Under the pieces are notes generated by a model. That model worked only from the letters and a program-made list of their open reading frames with translations, was not told the origin of the DNA and ran no database searches. The position numbers were made by a program, and so were the translations under genes. This document shows, one piece after another, positions 52,782 through 64,000 of a stretch of DNA of 64,000 nucleotides (position 1 is its first letter; each line of letters begins with the position of its first letter). The DNA comes from Octopus vulgaris (taxonomy: Eukaryota): assembly GCA_951406725.2 (NCBI GenBank), contig OX597836.1, forward strand, positions 5,952,001 through 6,016,000, written 5' to 3'.

Positions 52782-53301
52782 TATATATATGTATATATAT
52801 ATATATATATATATGCATATTATATATGGACTCTCCCATCGAAGACGATGAATGAGGGTTCAGCAAATAACCTTCAACAATTCCTAAGCCTTGTGACACT
52901 CAAGAGCAAGTAAGCAATGTTTAGGTCATTTTTATAGACCCCTCCCCATGAAGAGGAAACCAGTGCCATCCTAAGAAGGGCTGCTTTGTTATGAAAGGAG
53001 GACACGAGTCACACATTTACCAGCGGATGTTGTGCAAAACGGCCATCTACCTTCCACCACTTATGTGCAATGTTCGTGTTAGGAACTACCTGTGACATCC
53101 TTCACCTGTTCCCGTCAAAATCCCATCATCGCCATAGGATTTAATAAAAAAAATGTTTTAAAAACCCACACATCGATGCGCCAAACCTCAGATGTTATTG
53201 AGAGAAAATGGTTTACTGAACAACCGGCACTTTGACTTGTTTAAATACATATATACATGTTTACATACATATATACATAAATATATATATATATATATAT
53301 A

Positions 53302-53341
<40 letters not shown>

Positions 53342-53661
53342 AGCACAAACTTCATTTATGGAATTATAAGGCTACCAGTGGTATCTTGTAGGCGGAATCT
53401 CTTGATAATTTCACCCCTTGTCGCATTCCAACCTTGGCACTCATCTGCAAATTGGAGACGAGGACCAGAGTTCTCACGTTGTAGGCTTGGCTTGATAATT
53501 GTTAAAACATCTTTCTTAGTATGAAACCATTGGTTAACCCACCAATAAGTAGTGTTTATCAACCAATGCGGTATTGAGCACTCATTCTCACCGTTCGAGA
53601 TTAGCGTACCTATATATGCGTTTTCACAAAAGATTTAACAATGATTTGGCAATGCTGTTGG

Positions 53662-53709
<48 letters not shown>

Positions 53710-53719
53710 ACATGAATGT

Positions 53720-53895
53720 ATGTATTTGCGTGTCTATTTTTGTACCCCTACGACTGCTTGACACATAGCGGTTCGGCAAATAAACACCGATAGAATAGGT
53801 ACAAAGAAAACGTCCTGGAGTTGACTTGTTCGATTAAAGGTGCTCCAGGAAAGCCGCAATGAAATATCTAAAACATGTAGAAGAATAAAAGAATA
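53720..53895 (+). mobile_element. SINE family B 3' remnant
   Basis: tagcggttcggcaaa...cgatagaata...taaaggtgctccag. Confidence 0.7.
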
Positions 53896-53955
53896 AACGA
53901 ATATATATATACACATATACAAACATATATGTATATATAATGTGTGTGTGTTTAA

Positions 53956-53986
<31 letters not shown>

Positions 53987-54140
53987 CATATATATATATA
54001 TATATACATATATATACAAATATACATATATATAAATATACATATTTATGTTGTATATATTTAATATGTATATATATATATATATATATACACATACACA
54101 TATTTATATTACATATATGAAATATGTATAGACATGTATA

Positions 54141-54198
<58 letters not shown>

Positions 54199-54222
54199 CA
54201 TGTACGTATGCATGCATGTATG

Positions 54223-54283
<61 letters not shown>

Positions 54284-54472
54284 GTATGTATGTATACCTG
54301 CATGTATGTATATCATTATATGCAGTTATATACACTCATCTTCTTGCACTCATTGTACAATTCGTATGGAAGCTGAAAGGCACACACACACACACGAGCG
54401 CACGCGCAATCTTATCCTCCCCTCCAATACACATAGACACATACACACGCGCACATATGCTCTTACATACTG

Positions 54473-54513
<41 letters not shown>

Positions 54514-55221
54514 TACATACATACATGCACACGCACGCACACGTAGAGGCATATATGCACATACACACATTTAATTTAAGGAAAGAAACACTCTTACGGC
54601 ATGACAGGAAATCAATTAAACGCTCAACAGATCTAAGACAGAAGATTTGCAAAAATTGATGGCGTGTGCCTGCGTGTATACGCGCGTGTGTGTGTGTGTG
54701 TGTTGTCTGTGTGTCTGTGCGTACGCGTGCGTTCGTCTTACTACGGTTTTACGTGCGTTTGTTCCTGCTGCGTCACTGGTGCGCGTACGTATGTGTGTGT
54801 GTGTGCGCACTGCTGTTTGTGTGTGTGTGTGCCTCTGTATGTATACGTTTAGCAGGGCTTTAGTAAAATGTGCATCTGTGGCATTAAACAGAATGTGAAG
54901 ATTATTCAGATTTTAGTATAGAAACAATCCAACGACCTTTGTCTTCAGTTTGCTCTCCTTCCTTTGACCTCTTCCTCGTCCTTGTTGTCCTCATTGAACA
55001 AAATCTGAAGGCGGGAGACCAACGAATGATCGAACTGATGGTCGTAGAATTTGCTAGAAATAGCAGCGATGTATCTCTAAAATTCACGCTTTCTACGCGT
55101 TTGATACGGTAGGCTACCTTCGATGTATGATGCATGGCCTGACCCAACATGCTCTGTACATCGCAAAAGTCAAACGAGATGGCCATGGACAGAAGAGATA
55201 CATTTTGGTTTCAAGCAACAT

Positions 55222-55620
55222 TCTTTTATCTTTGAAGTGTCATTTGTTTCAGCTGTTGAACTGTGGCCATACTGGGGCACCGCCTTCGAGGATTTATTCA
55301 AACAAATCCACCTAAGTGATTATTTTAAAAGTCTGGAACTTATTTAATCGGTTTCTTTCGCTGTGCAGCTAGATTACAAGGCCGTAATCAAACCAGCACC
55401 GGTTGTCTAGAAGACTAAGATAAACACACAAACTTACAGAGACAATATAGATATATACATACATCCAACCGGCTTCCACACAGTTTCAATCTATCAAATT
55501 TACTCAGAAATCGTTGACCAAATCGAGGTTTCACTAAAAGACGTTTACTCACGGTACCGCGCAGTTGTACTGAACTCAAAATCACGTGGTTTCAAAGTGA
55601 ACTTCTTACCCACGCAGCCA
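55222..55620 (-). mobile_element. Old SINE family B
   Basis: tgtggccatactggggcaccgcctt...acttcttacccacgcagcc. Confidence 0.75.
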
Positions 55621-55859
55621 ACACCACCAGCAGCCGTTCAAGAATTTGGACCGGGAGATCTCCATTTCCAGTGACTTCGAGGGCCACCTCCCATTAGTGT
55701 CGGGCGTCAACGAAGAGCCCTCGACTACAACAAGACGACCAAAGTTTTTTTCCAAGGTCTGGGGTCTCCCGTCCCTAAGCCCTAGACCATCACCTAATCA
55801 CCCTTACCCGCCTTGTTGCTTAACAACAACAACAACAACAACAGCAGCAAAATTAACGT

Positions 55860-56290
55860 GTACTTTTATCTTACCTGTGTTATGCAACAATACCTTAATT
55901 ACCTCTTGGAAAAAAGTGCTACAACAAAGAGGCTAATACATCGATTGGCTACGTCGCAGAGGGCTGTGGAAATGTCCATGCTAGGAATATCCTTACGGGA
56001 GCGTATTCGAAATGGGTTCATTCGATAACGGAGCCGGGTGAACGATGTAATTGCAGAATACCACAAGACGAAGTTCTGATGGACCGAACATGACGCAAGG
56101 TCTACAGACAACAGGTGGACATTGCCGAGTACTATCCAAGAGATCGGAAAATGCCACGTGAAAGGCTTGTACGACGATGACATGACGATTTCGTTAAGCC
56201 ATTTGGGTGAAGGTGGAGAAATGGCGCAATCAAGACAGAACTGGAAGTGCATTGTGAGCAGCGTTGTATGACAGCATCTGATAGTCTGGA
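55860..56290 (+). pseudogene. RTE-clade LINE 3' fragment (C-terminal RT region)
   Basis: ILPVL..TTKRLIHRLATSQRAVEMSMLGISLRERIRNGFIR*RSRVNDVI...KF*WTEHDARSTDNRWT..YPRDRKMPRER...MAQSRQNWK matches the RTE pattern QRAMER.MLG....D.IRN..IR.R..V.D....K..WAGH.AR..D.RWT. Confidence 0.85.
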
Positions 56291-56307
56291 CGACACTGCG
56301 ATACTGT

Positions 56308-56866
56308 CTGGTACTGCCCTGATGCAGTACCAGACAGTGGCTCTCATGACTTCTGATCTTAACTGATTGGAAGTGTTATCATGTACATTGTTTTGCCTTG
56401 GTATAAAAGATGGACTACAGCAAATATTCTGCTCAATACCACAGATTTGCTTGTCAGTTGTTTGACCTTAACCAGTTGAGCATGTCCCTTAGTGGCTGAC
56501 CATATGTGCATCTCTGATCACGAGTAGAAGTAGTGGGGGAGCATCATGGCCATGTTTTGAAAGGAATTCTTGGAGGTTTGGATAATTCACCTTTGGAAAT
56601 ATGGGTGTTTCGTTCAACATCCTTAAACAATCCTTATTCAGGGACCTTTTGAGTGGGATGGGCTACTCGACCAGAAGAAAATTCTAACTTGGCCCCACCG
56701 TCAAGGTCATGTGCTGTTTATCTTGATATGAGATCCCCATGTCCTGCACATTTTGTTGTGATGCATGTGCCTAGTGTACCCTTATCAGACGGGTTGTCAT
56801 GATGGGTATACTGGGCTTCGTATATTTTACCCCAGTGTCACTTTGATGGCATGCACTGCTCCCTCA
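56308..56866 (+). mobile_element. Unclassified interspersed repeat (probable LINE 3' UTR); its 3' end recurs at 59290-59360 before (AAT)n
   Basis: catgatgggtatactgggcttcgtatattttaccccagtgtcactttgatggcatgcactgctc matches catgataggtacactgggcatcgtataattgtatcccagtgttacatagatgacatgcaatgctc. Confidence 0.55.
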
Positions 56867-58754
56867 TTCTATGAATGTGCCTTTAAAAATCTTTGCGATT
56901 TCTCTTCTTCGTTAAGTAAAATGACAGAATTATTTGGGAAATTTAGAAAATTCACCATGGCCGTCAATTTAGAAAATTCCTTTATGCAGATACGTAGCTT
57001 GGAAATAGATTCTGCCTCGCTGATCCAGCTTAGTCACGTTACTTTTACTATAGGTTTGATATCATGTTAGTTTCACCGGCGGCTTGTCAATGGTATTTCG
57101 TATACAGAAACCGTACGGAAGCCGTAATATAGCTCCGGGTTTACTTAAGCCTGTAGGATACACTGAACTCTGGAAACTAAGCAATGATAAACAACACGTG
57201 ACATAAAATCTTTTGGGTCATAAATTCAATACAAGTCAAAAAATACACTTGACGATATCTGAGAGTTTATTTTTACTCAAGAAATCCGGTTTTCTCCTTC
57301 AAACCCTACATATTTTACTGTTCTTCACACATCTTCATTTACCAATAACTGCCAGTTTTCTTAAGCTCATTTTTCTGTTTTATCTTCTCTCTGTCTCCAT
57401 CTTTTCTCTCCCCAGATTTTCTTCTTTTCGTCTCCTCTTTTTTTACTCTTTTAAACCCTTCTTCTTAATATTTTTCTACTTCTTCCTTCGAGATACTGTT
57501 TCCATTTTTTTGTTTTTCTTTTAGGATTCCTCACTTTTCTTAAAACTTCATCAATCTTCTCAGGTTTTTCTCACCTCATGTTTTCTCCTTAATTTTGGTT
57601 TCTGTCATCGTTTTCTCCAGTGTAATACACGTGTACATGTGTCTGAGTGTGTATGTGTGTGTACGTGCGTATACGTAAGTGTTAGTGTGTGTGTGTACAC
57701 GCGTGTGCCTGTGTGTTGTATCTGTACTCTATCATCTGTTATCCGTTCGCTTGTATCTTTTTGTGTCATCTGTCATCTGATATCTGTTTTCTTACGTCTT
57801 TCTTTATCTGTTATCTGTTTTTCTCCATATTTTTCTATCTTCCATCTCCTGTCAGTTTTTTTCTTTTCCTTTGCATCTCTCTTTTCTCCTCCACTTCCTC
57901 CTTATCCTCTCATTGTCTGTCTCCCCTTTTTCCCCCTCTTTCGCTCTTATTTCTCCATTTTCTTCTGCATTTATCTGTCGTCTGCTTTGTCATTCTCTCC
58001 TCTCGTTTTTATTCTTTTGTCATCTGACATGTCTTCTCTTCCGTTTGCCTTTTTATTTATTATATTTTATTTCTTCATATTCCCTTCTTTTTTTTTTTTA
58101 TTCGTCTCTCTTCCTTTCCTCTTCTCTTTTCTCTCGCAATTCTTTTGCCTTCCATCTTTATATCTCAGTTTCTCATATTTTCTCCTTCAATCGTCAGTTC
58201 TCATTTATTTCTTGCCTTCTGTCATTCTCTGTCTTCTGGGTTAAATTATTTTCTCTCTTCCGTTTTCTTCTTCCTCTTTCCGACTTCAAAACGTCGACAT
58301 TCGGTAATTGGCAGCCGTCCTTTGTGCAGCTGTTTTTGGTCCCCCGTTTTCAGAGTCTGGATCGCTACAATACACAATGGCATCTTCTCGATCCAGACTA
58401 AATATCGAATTATTGATATGGCTTTGACTCTGGATAGCACTCTCAAAATAAACTGAATATATCAGAAGCTATCCAAACCGAAATGATTGATATCAAAATG
58501 AATAAATGCGAAGTGAAACTAGATGGAAACACGTATTAGCCACAATAAATCAGTGCGCTTAAGATGTCCTGTTATGATACGCGATAGAACTGAAGCAGGA
58601 GAGAATTTAGAACAAGGTTATGAGTAAAAATGGGCTAAAAAAAAGGCGTATTCCTGAAACATCAGACTGGTGTGGTAAATATATACTTCGCCTTTAATTT
58701 ACAAATTGACTGTTGCGCTCGCCTCGAGGTTTTAAACGAATAGATTAGAATACA

Positions 58755-58972
58755 TATTTCTTTACTACCCACAAGGGGCTAAACACAGAGAGGACAAACA
58801 AGGACAGGCAAAGGAATTAAGTCGATTATATCGATCCCAGTGCTTAACTGGTACTTAATTTATCGACCCCGAAAGGATGAAAGGCAAAGTCGACAACGGT
58901 GGAATTTGAACTCAGAACGTACCGGCTACGTATTTCGCCCGGCATGCTAACGTTTCTGCCAGCTCACCGCTT
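58755..58972 (-). mobile_element. SINE family A with 16-bp TSD
   Basis: TSD gaatagattagaatac at 58738-58753 and 58975-58990. Confidence 0.92.
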
Positions 58973-59400
58973 TTGAATAGATTAGAATACCTGTTCTTTC
59001 TCTCCCCCGGAGAAGGAATTCAGTCCACTTAACAAAGACTCTACCTGCACAGAGGCCACGTGGCTAATGCTAGGCACCATGTGGCGAAGCTGCAGCATCA
59101 GCAGAGATTCCATGGAGCGTAGCGAACAGTGTCGGCTCTTGCAAGACCGTCTTGTCAATGGATTGCTGCCGTGAGTCAAACGAAGACCTTAACGTCTGAA
59201 ATGTTGTGAGAAATTCAGTTCTCTACATGTCGAGCAAGGCGGCCGGTAACATGTCAACCGCTTTATTCTGTTGGAGTTCCAGGAATGACTCATGATAGGT
59301 ACACTGGGCATCGTATAATTGTATCCCAGTGTTACATAGATGACATGCAATGCTCTCTCAATAACAATAATAATAATAATAATAATAATAGTAGTAGTAT

Positions 59401-59453
<53 letters not shown>

Positions 59454-59979
59454 TCGATGCTTTACTTTTGGTGCAGAAGGGGCAGCAATTTTGAGCAGTA
59501 AAGTAATCTGCGACGGTCAACCTCGGTCACAATCTGGTTCTTTATTTTACCAACCTCGAAGGAATAAAATGCAAAGTTCACATCAACAGGATATGAATTC
59601 GTGACGTAACAAAATAGCAAAAGGCTCATTTTCTGACACTTTATCGAAGTCTGCTAACTCACTAGTCTTGATGGAACTGAACTCAAGAGGTCAGTTGTGT
59701 GTGTTTGGATGGTGGGGAGGGGGGAAAAGAGGGGAAAGAATACCACCCAAGACACTTTTTTCCCTACGTTGAAAAGGCACTTCTAGATCAGGTTGATTTA
59801 TTCAATATATTAACTTGTTACGTATTATAAAACGGGGAGGATGTCGGGGCATAACCCTATAAAATAAAGCTATGTGGAAGGGAAGGAAACGTTGTACTCT
59901 ATACATGAATAAGCATATAACATTTAATATACACACACATACAGACACACACAAACAAACACACACACAAAAGCAGCGA

Positions 59980-60410
59980 ATCTGGCACAATCGTTAGCAT
60001 GCCGCTCAAAAGGCTTGGCAGCCATTCTTTCGGCTTTACGTTCTGAATTCAATTTTCGCCGACGTCATTTTGTTTTGTATCCCTTTTGGGGTCGATATGA
60101 CAAGTGCCTGTCAAACACTGGGGTTCGTGTAATCGACCTACACCCTCCTGCCTCGAATTTCAGGCCCAAGCCCAGGTATTTTGATGGGAGAGGAGAGCAA
60201 ATTGATGGCATATACCACTGTTAGTGTCTGCTACTATCGTATTGTCCCGGCCCCAACAGGGTGAAAGTTAAATTTGACCTTGGCGAGATTTGAAATCATA
60301 TCGTAAGGTCAGTCCAAAACTATAGTAGAAGACACTTGCTCAAGGTGCCACGCAGTGGGAGTGAACTCGGAACCATGTGGTTAAGAAGTAAACTTCTTAC
60401 CACACAGCTA
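59980..60410. mobile_element. Cluster of SINE remnants (family A + at 59980-60170, family A - at about 60180-60305, family B head - at 60321-60410)
   Basis: Diagnostic motifs of each family. Confidence 0.65.
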
Positions 60411-60731
60411 CGGGCCTTGGCGGGATGAAACAAATTTGACCAGGGAAAGATTTGAAAGATGAATGGAGAAACGGTAAGCATGATTTTCCCAACGCCCAGC
60501 GCTTCTGCCAACTTAAATAATTCGTTACAGAAGTTCAAGGCTTATGAGTTTGATAGAAGACATCAGTCTGGTTATAAGAGAAACACACTACGCGAATGCT
60601 TAATGGTATAATCCTTGGAAGGATGAAATACAAAATCGACTATGGTAGGATTTGAACTCAGAACGGAAAGGGTCGTAGCTAAATATTCTTACGTTATTCA
60701 GCTAACCCAATAATGCTATTAGTATAATTCT

Positions 60732-60908
60732 TCGTCTGCCGCTACGTTCTGAGTTCTAATTCTGCCGGGGTCGACTTTGCTTTCATCCTTTCGGGGACGA
60801 TAAATTAAGTACCAGTTACGTACTGGGGTCGATTTAATCGATTTAATCCGTTTGGCTGTCCTTGTTTGTCCCCTCTATGTTTAGCCCCTTGTGGGTAGTA
60901 AAGAAATA
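60732..60908 (+). mobile_element. 5'-truncated SINE family A with 17-bp TSD
   Basis: TSD gctattagtat(a/c)attct at 60715-60731 and 60909-60925. Confidence 0.9.
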
Positions 60909-61254
60909 GCTATTAGTATCATTCTGTAAGTAATAGTAGTGATGGTCGTGGTGGTGGTGGTGGTGGTGCTGGTGCTGGTACTGGTGGTTTTGGTGCTGCT
61001 AATGGTGCTGCTGCTGCCGCTGCTACTGCTGACGATGGTAACGCTCCAGGTCTTCTCCCTGACCAAACATGGTGTTATGACCAATGTGTTCTGTCAGTCG
61101 GTCCATGACCATCACGACATTTATTCAGTCAATAAGTACAGAACTAGTCATTCTCACCTACGACAACCATCCTTTACGGTGTAGTTGTAGCGGGAACTTG
61201 GCTGCTATTTCTACTACGAAACTAGCGACCACGCAGACACTGCCTCGTATTCAT

Positions 61255-61286
<32 letters not shown>

Positions 61287-61464
61287 TGCAGAAGTGCCTG
61301 CATTCGAACTCACGCATCTCAGCACGTGCTGCAATGTACATTTATCAGACCGGTGTGTATGTAGGGGGGGGATCTGTGTGTGGGTGTCTATGTGTGTGGG
61401 TGTGAACTTTGTACTACTTTGTGGGTGTGGCTTTTGTTTTTGCTATCGTTGTCGTTGTTGTTAT

Positions 61465-62480
61465 GTAGATGTGTATGTGTGTGTGTGTGTGTGGACGTGT
61501 GTACATACGTGCGTGTGTGTGGGTACGTGCGTGTGTGTGCGTTTGTGTGCGTTTGTGTGCGTTTGTGTTTCTCTCTGTGCGTGTATATGGATGTGTGCGT
61601 ATATGTGTGCATGTATGTGTGTGTATATGTGTACGTTAACGTATGCACATACGTGTACGTTTGTGTACTTGTGTGTGCGTATGTATGCGTGTGTGTGTAT
61701 GCGTATATGAGCATATGTATATGTTTGAGAGTATGTGTGGGTGTGTATATATGCGCATGTGGTTTATATAGATGCGTTTATATATAGATATGCATATAGG
61801 AGTGTATACATGTGTATGTATGTATGTATGTATGTGTGTATGCATGTATGTATGTATGCGTATATTTGTGTATGTACATGTGTTTCTATATGCGCCTGTA
61901 TGTGTGTATGCTTCTGTATGAATGTATGTTTACATGTGTCTGTGTGTGTATGTGTGTGTTCACACATGTATGCATGTGTATGTTTCCGCGTGTGTATGTG
62001 TATATATACATGTGTATGTGTTTGTGCGTGTGTGTATGTGTGTATTATGTGTATGTGTGTGCCTGCGTTTGCATGTGCGTATATGCATGTGTGAGTGCGT
62101 GTGTAAGTGTGTACGTATGTATGCGTGTATGTATATTTATATGAGTGTATGTGTGTGTATGTATGTGTGTGTATGCATGCGTACATGTGGGTGTATGTCT
62201 GCGTGTGTAAGTATGTCTATGTGTGGGTGTATATGTGCGTGTGCGTGTGCATGTGTGCATATGCATGTGTACATGTAGGTGTGTGTCTCCGTGAGTAAAT
62301 ATGTGTGTGTGCGTGTGTGTGTGTGCATGACCATTAGTTTGCGTTCAGTATGTAGAATACGTCTGCACATGTGTGTGTATATGCTTAATGCTAATCTGTA
62401 TGTGTATGTGTGTGTATTATCATCTCTCTTTAAGTATGTACATGTGTTTCTATATGCGCCTGTATGTGTGTATGCTTCTG

Positions 62481-62556
<76 letters not shown>

Positions 62557-62722
62557 GTGCGTGTGTGTGTGTTTGCGTGCGTGTGTGTGTGTTTGCGTGT
62601 GTGTGTGTGTGTGTGTGTGTGTTTGCGTGCGTGTGTGTGTGTTTGCGTGCGAGTGTGTGTGTTTGCGTGCGTGTGTGTGTGTGTGTGTGTGTGCGTGTGC
62701 GCACACGTGTGTGAGTGCGTGC

Positions 62723-62765
<43 letters not shown>

Positions 62766-62792
62766 CGTGTGTGTTTGCGTGCGTGTGTTCGC

Positions 62793-62824
<32 letters not shown>

Positions 62825-62840
62825 CTGCGTGCGAATGCGT
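61465..62840. repeat. Degenerate (TG)n/(TGCG)n/(TATG)n region
   Basis: Direct inspection. Confidence 0.9.
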
Positions 62841-63145
62841 AAGTGCGTGGGTGTTGCTTTATAAATTTATTTGCTTATTTTATTTCGCTTTTGTTTGTTT
62901 TTGCTTTTGAAGAATCGCGATGCACGTGATTTCGTGATTTTACCATAAGCAGCTCTCTGTAGTAGTAGCGTCTCTAGCACCGTGGCCACCACCTCTAACA
63001 TCATCACCGCCGCCGTCGCCGATATGAATTGCAATGAGAAAACCGCTAACGGTTCGACTAGCCTGCAAGAAACAGCAGCCAAATTGCCTTCAAACCACAA
63101 TTTTTATACATACGCCATACACACATCCATAAATATAAGTTTCAA

Positions 63146-64000
63146 TGTACGTATGTATGTATGTATGTATGTATGTATGTATGTATGTATGTACGTATGT
63201 ATGTATGTATGTATGTATTATGTATGTATGTATGTATGTGTGTATGTATGCGTGTGTGTGTGTTATGTATGTATGTATGTATGTATGTATGTATGTATGT
63301 ATTATGTATGTATGTGTGTATGTGTGTGTGTTGTATGTATGTATGTATGTATTATGTATGTATGTGTGTATGTATGTGTGTGTGTGTGTGCGTGTATGTG
63401 TGTATGTATGTATTATGTATGTATGTATGTATGTATGTATGTATTATGTATGTATGTATGTATGTATTATGTATGTATGTATGTATGTATGTATGTATGT
63501 ATTATGTATGTATGTATGTATGTATGTATGTATGTATGTATGTATGTATGTATTATGTATGTATGTATGTATGTATGTATGTATGTATTATGTATTATGT
63601 ATGTATGTATGTATGTATGTATGTATGTATGTATTATGTATGTATGTATGTATGTACGTATGTATGTATTATGTATTATGTATGTATGTATGTATGTATG
63701 TATGTATGTATTATGTATTATGTATGTATGTATGTATGTATGTATGTATGTATGTATGTATTATGTATGTATGTATGTATGTATGTATGTATTATGTATG
63801 TATGTATGTATGTATGTATGTATGTATGTATGTATGTATGTATTGTGTATGTATGTATGTATGTATGTATTATGTATGTATGTATGTATGTATGTATGTA
63901 TGTATGTATGTATGTATTATGTATGTATGTATGTATGTATGTATGTATGTATGTATGTATGTATGTATGTATGTATGTATGTATGTATGTATGTATGTAT
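63146..64000. repeat. (TATG)n array with recurrent TAT interruptions, running off the window
   Basis: Direct inspection. Confidence 0.95.

Noticed and set aside
54902-55186. Possible RTE-X LINE relic on the minus strand
   Set aside because: Only faint motif resemblance (GRGRG; SIIR); too weak to call without a profile search.
57213-58401. Hydrophobic F/L/S-rich ORFs resembling membrane proteins
   Set aside because: Pyrimidine-rich low-complexity DNA produces these in several frames.

Overview
This is AT-rich, microsatellite-saturated animal DNA, most likely from an octopus (inferred from the repeat repertoire). It reads as intergenic or deep intronic. I find no intact protein-coding gene; almost all ORFs in the track are translations of (TA)n, (CA)n, (TAGA)n, (TACA)n and trinucleotide repeats. 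The window holds three tRNA-derived SINE groups in many copies (some nested, some with clear target-site duplications), a decayed mariner transposon and several Tc1/mariner, pogo-like and hAT MITEs. It also holds a head-to-tail tandem of non-autonomous Helitrons and relics of R4/Dong-like and RTE-like LINEs. The most interesting signal is a set of short non-coding elements carrying minimal type-I hammerhead ribozyme (HHR) motifs of the kind associated with Penelope-like elements. There are six motifs in three sequence variants, at 1978, 17482, 17754, 20424, 30108 and 49046. One lies downstream of a tRNA-type Pol III promoter and has an inverted partial copy. Four fold-back palindromes sit in (TA)n tracts, and two of them turn around just upstream of a hammerhead 3' half. 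All alignments and folds were done by eye, family names are from recall, and ribozyme activity is untested.
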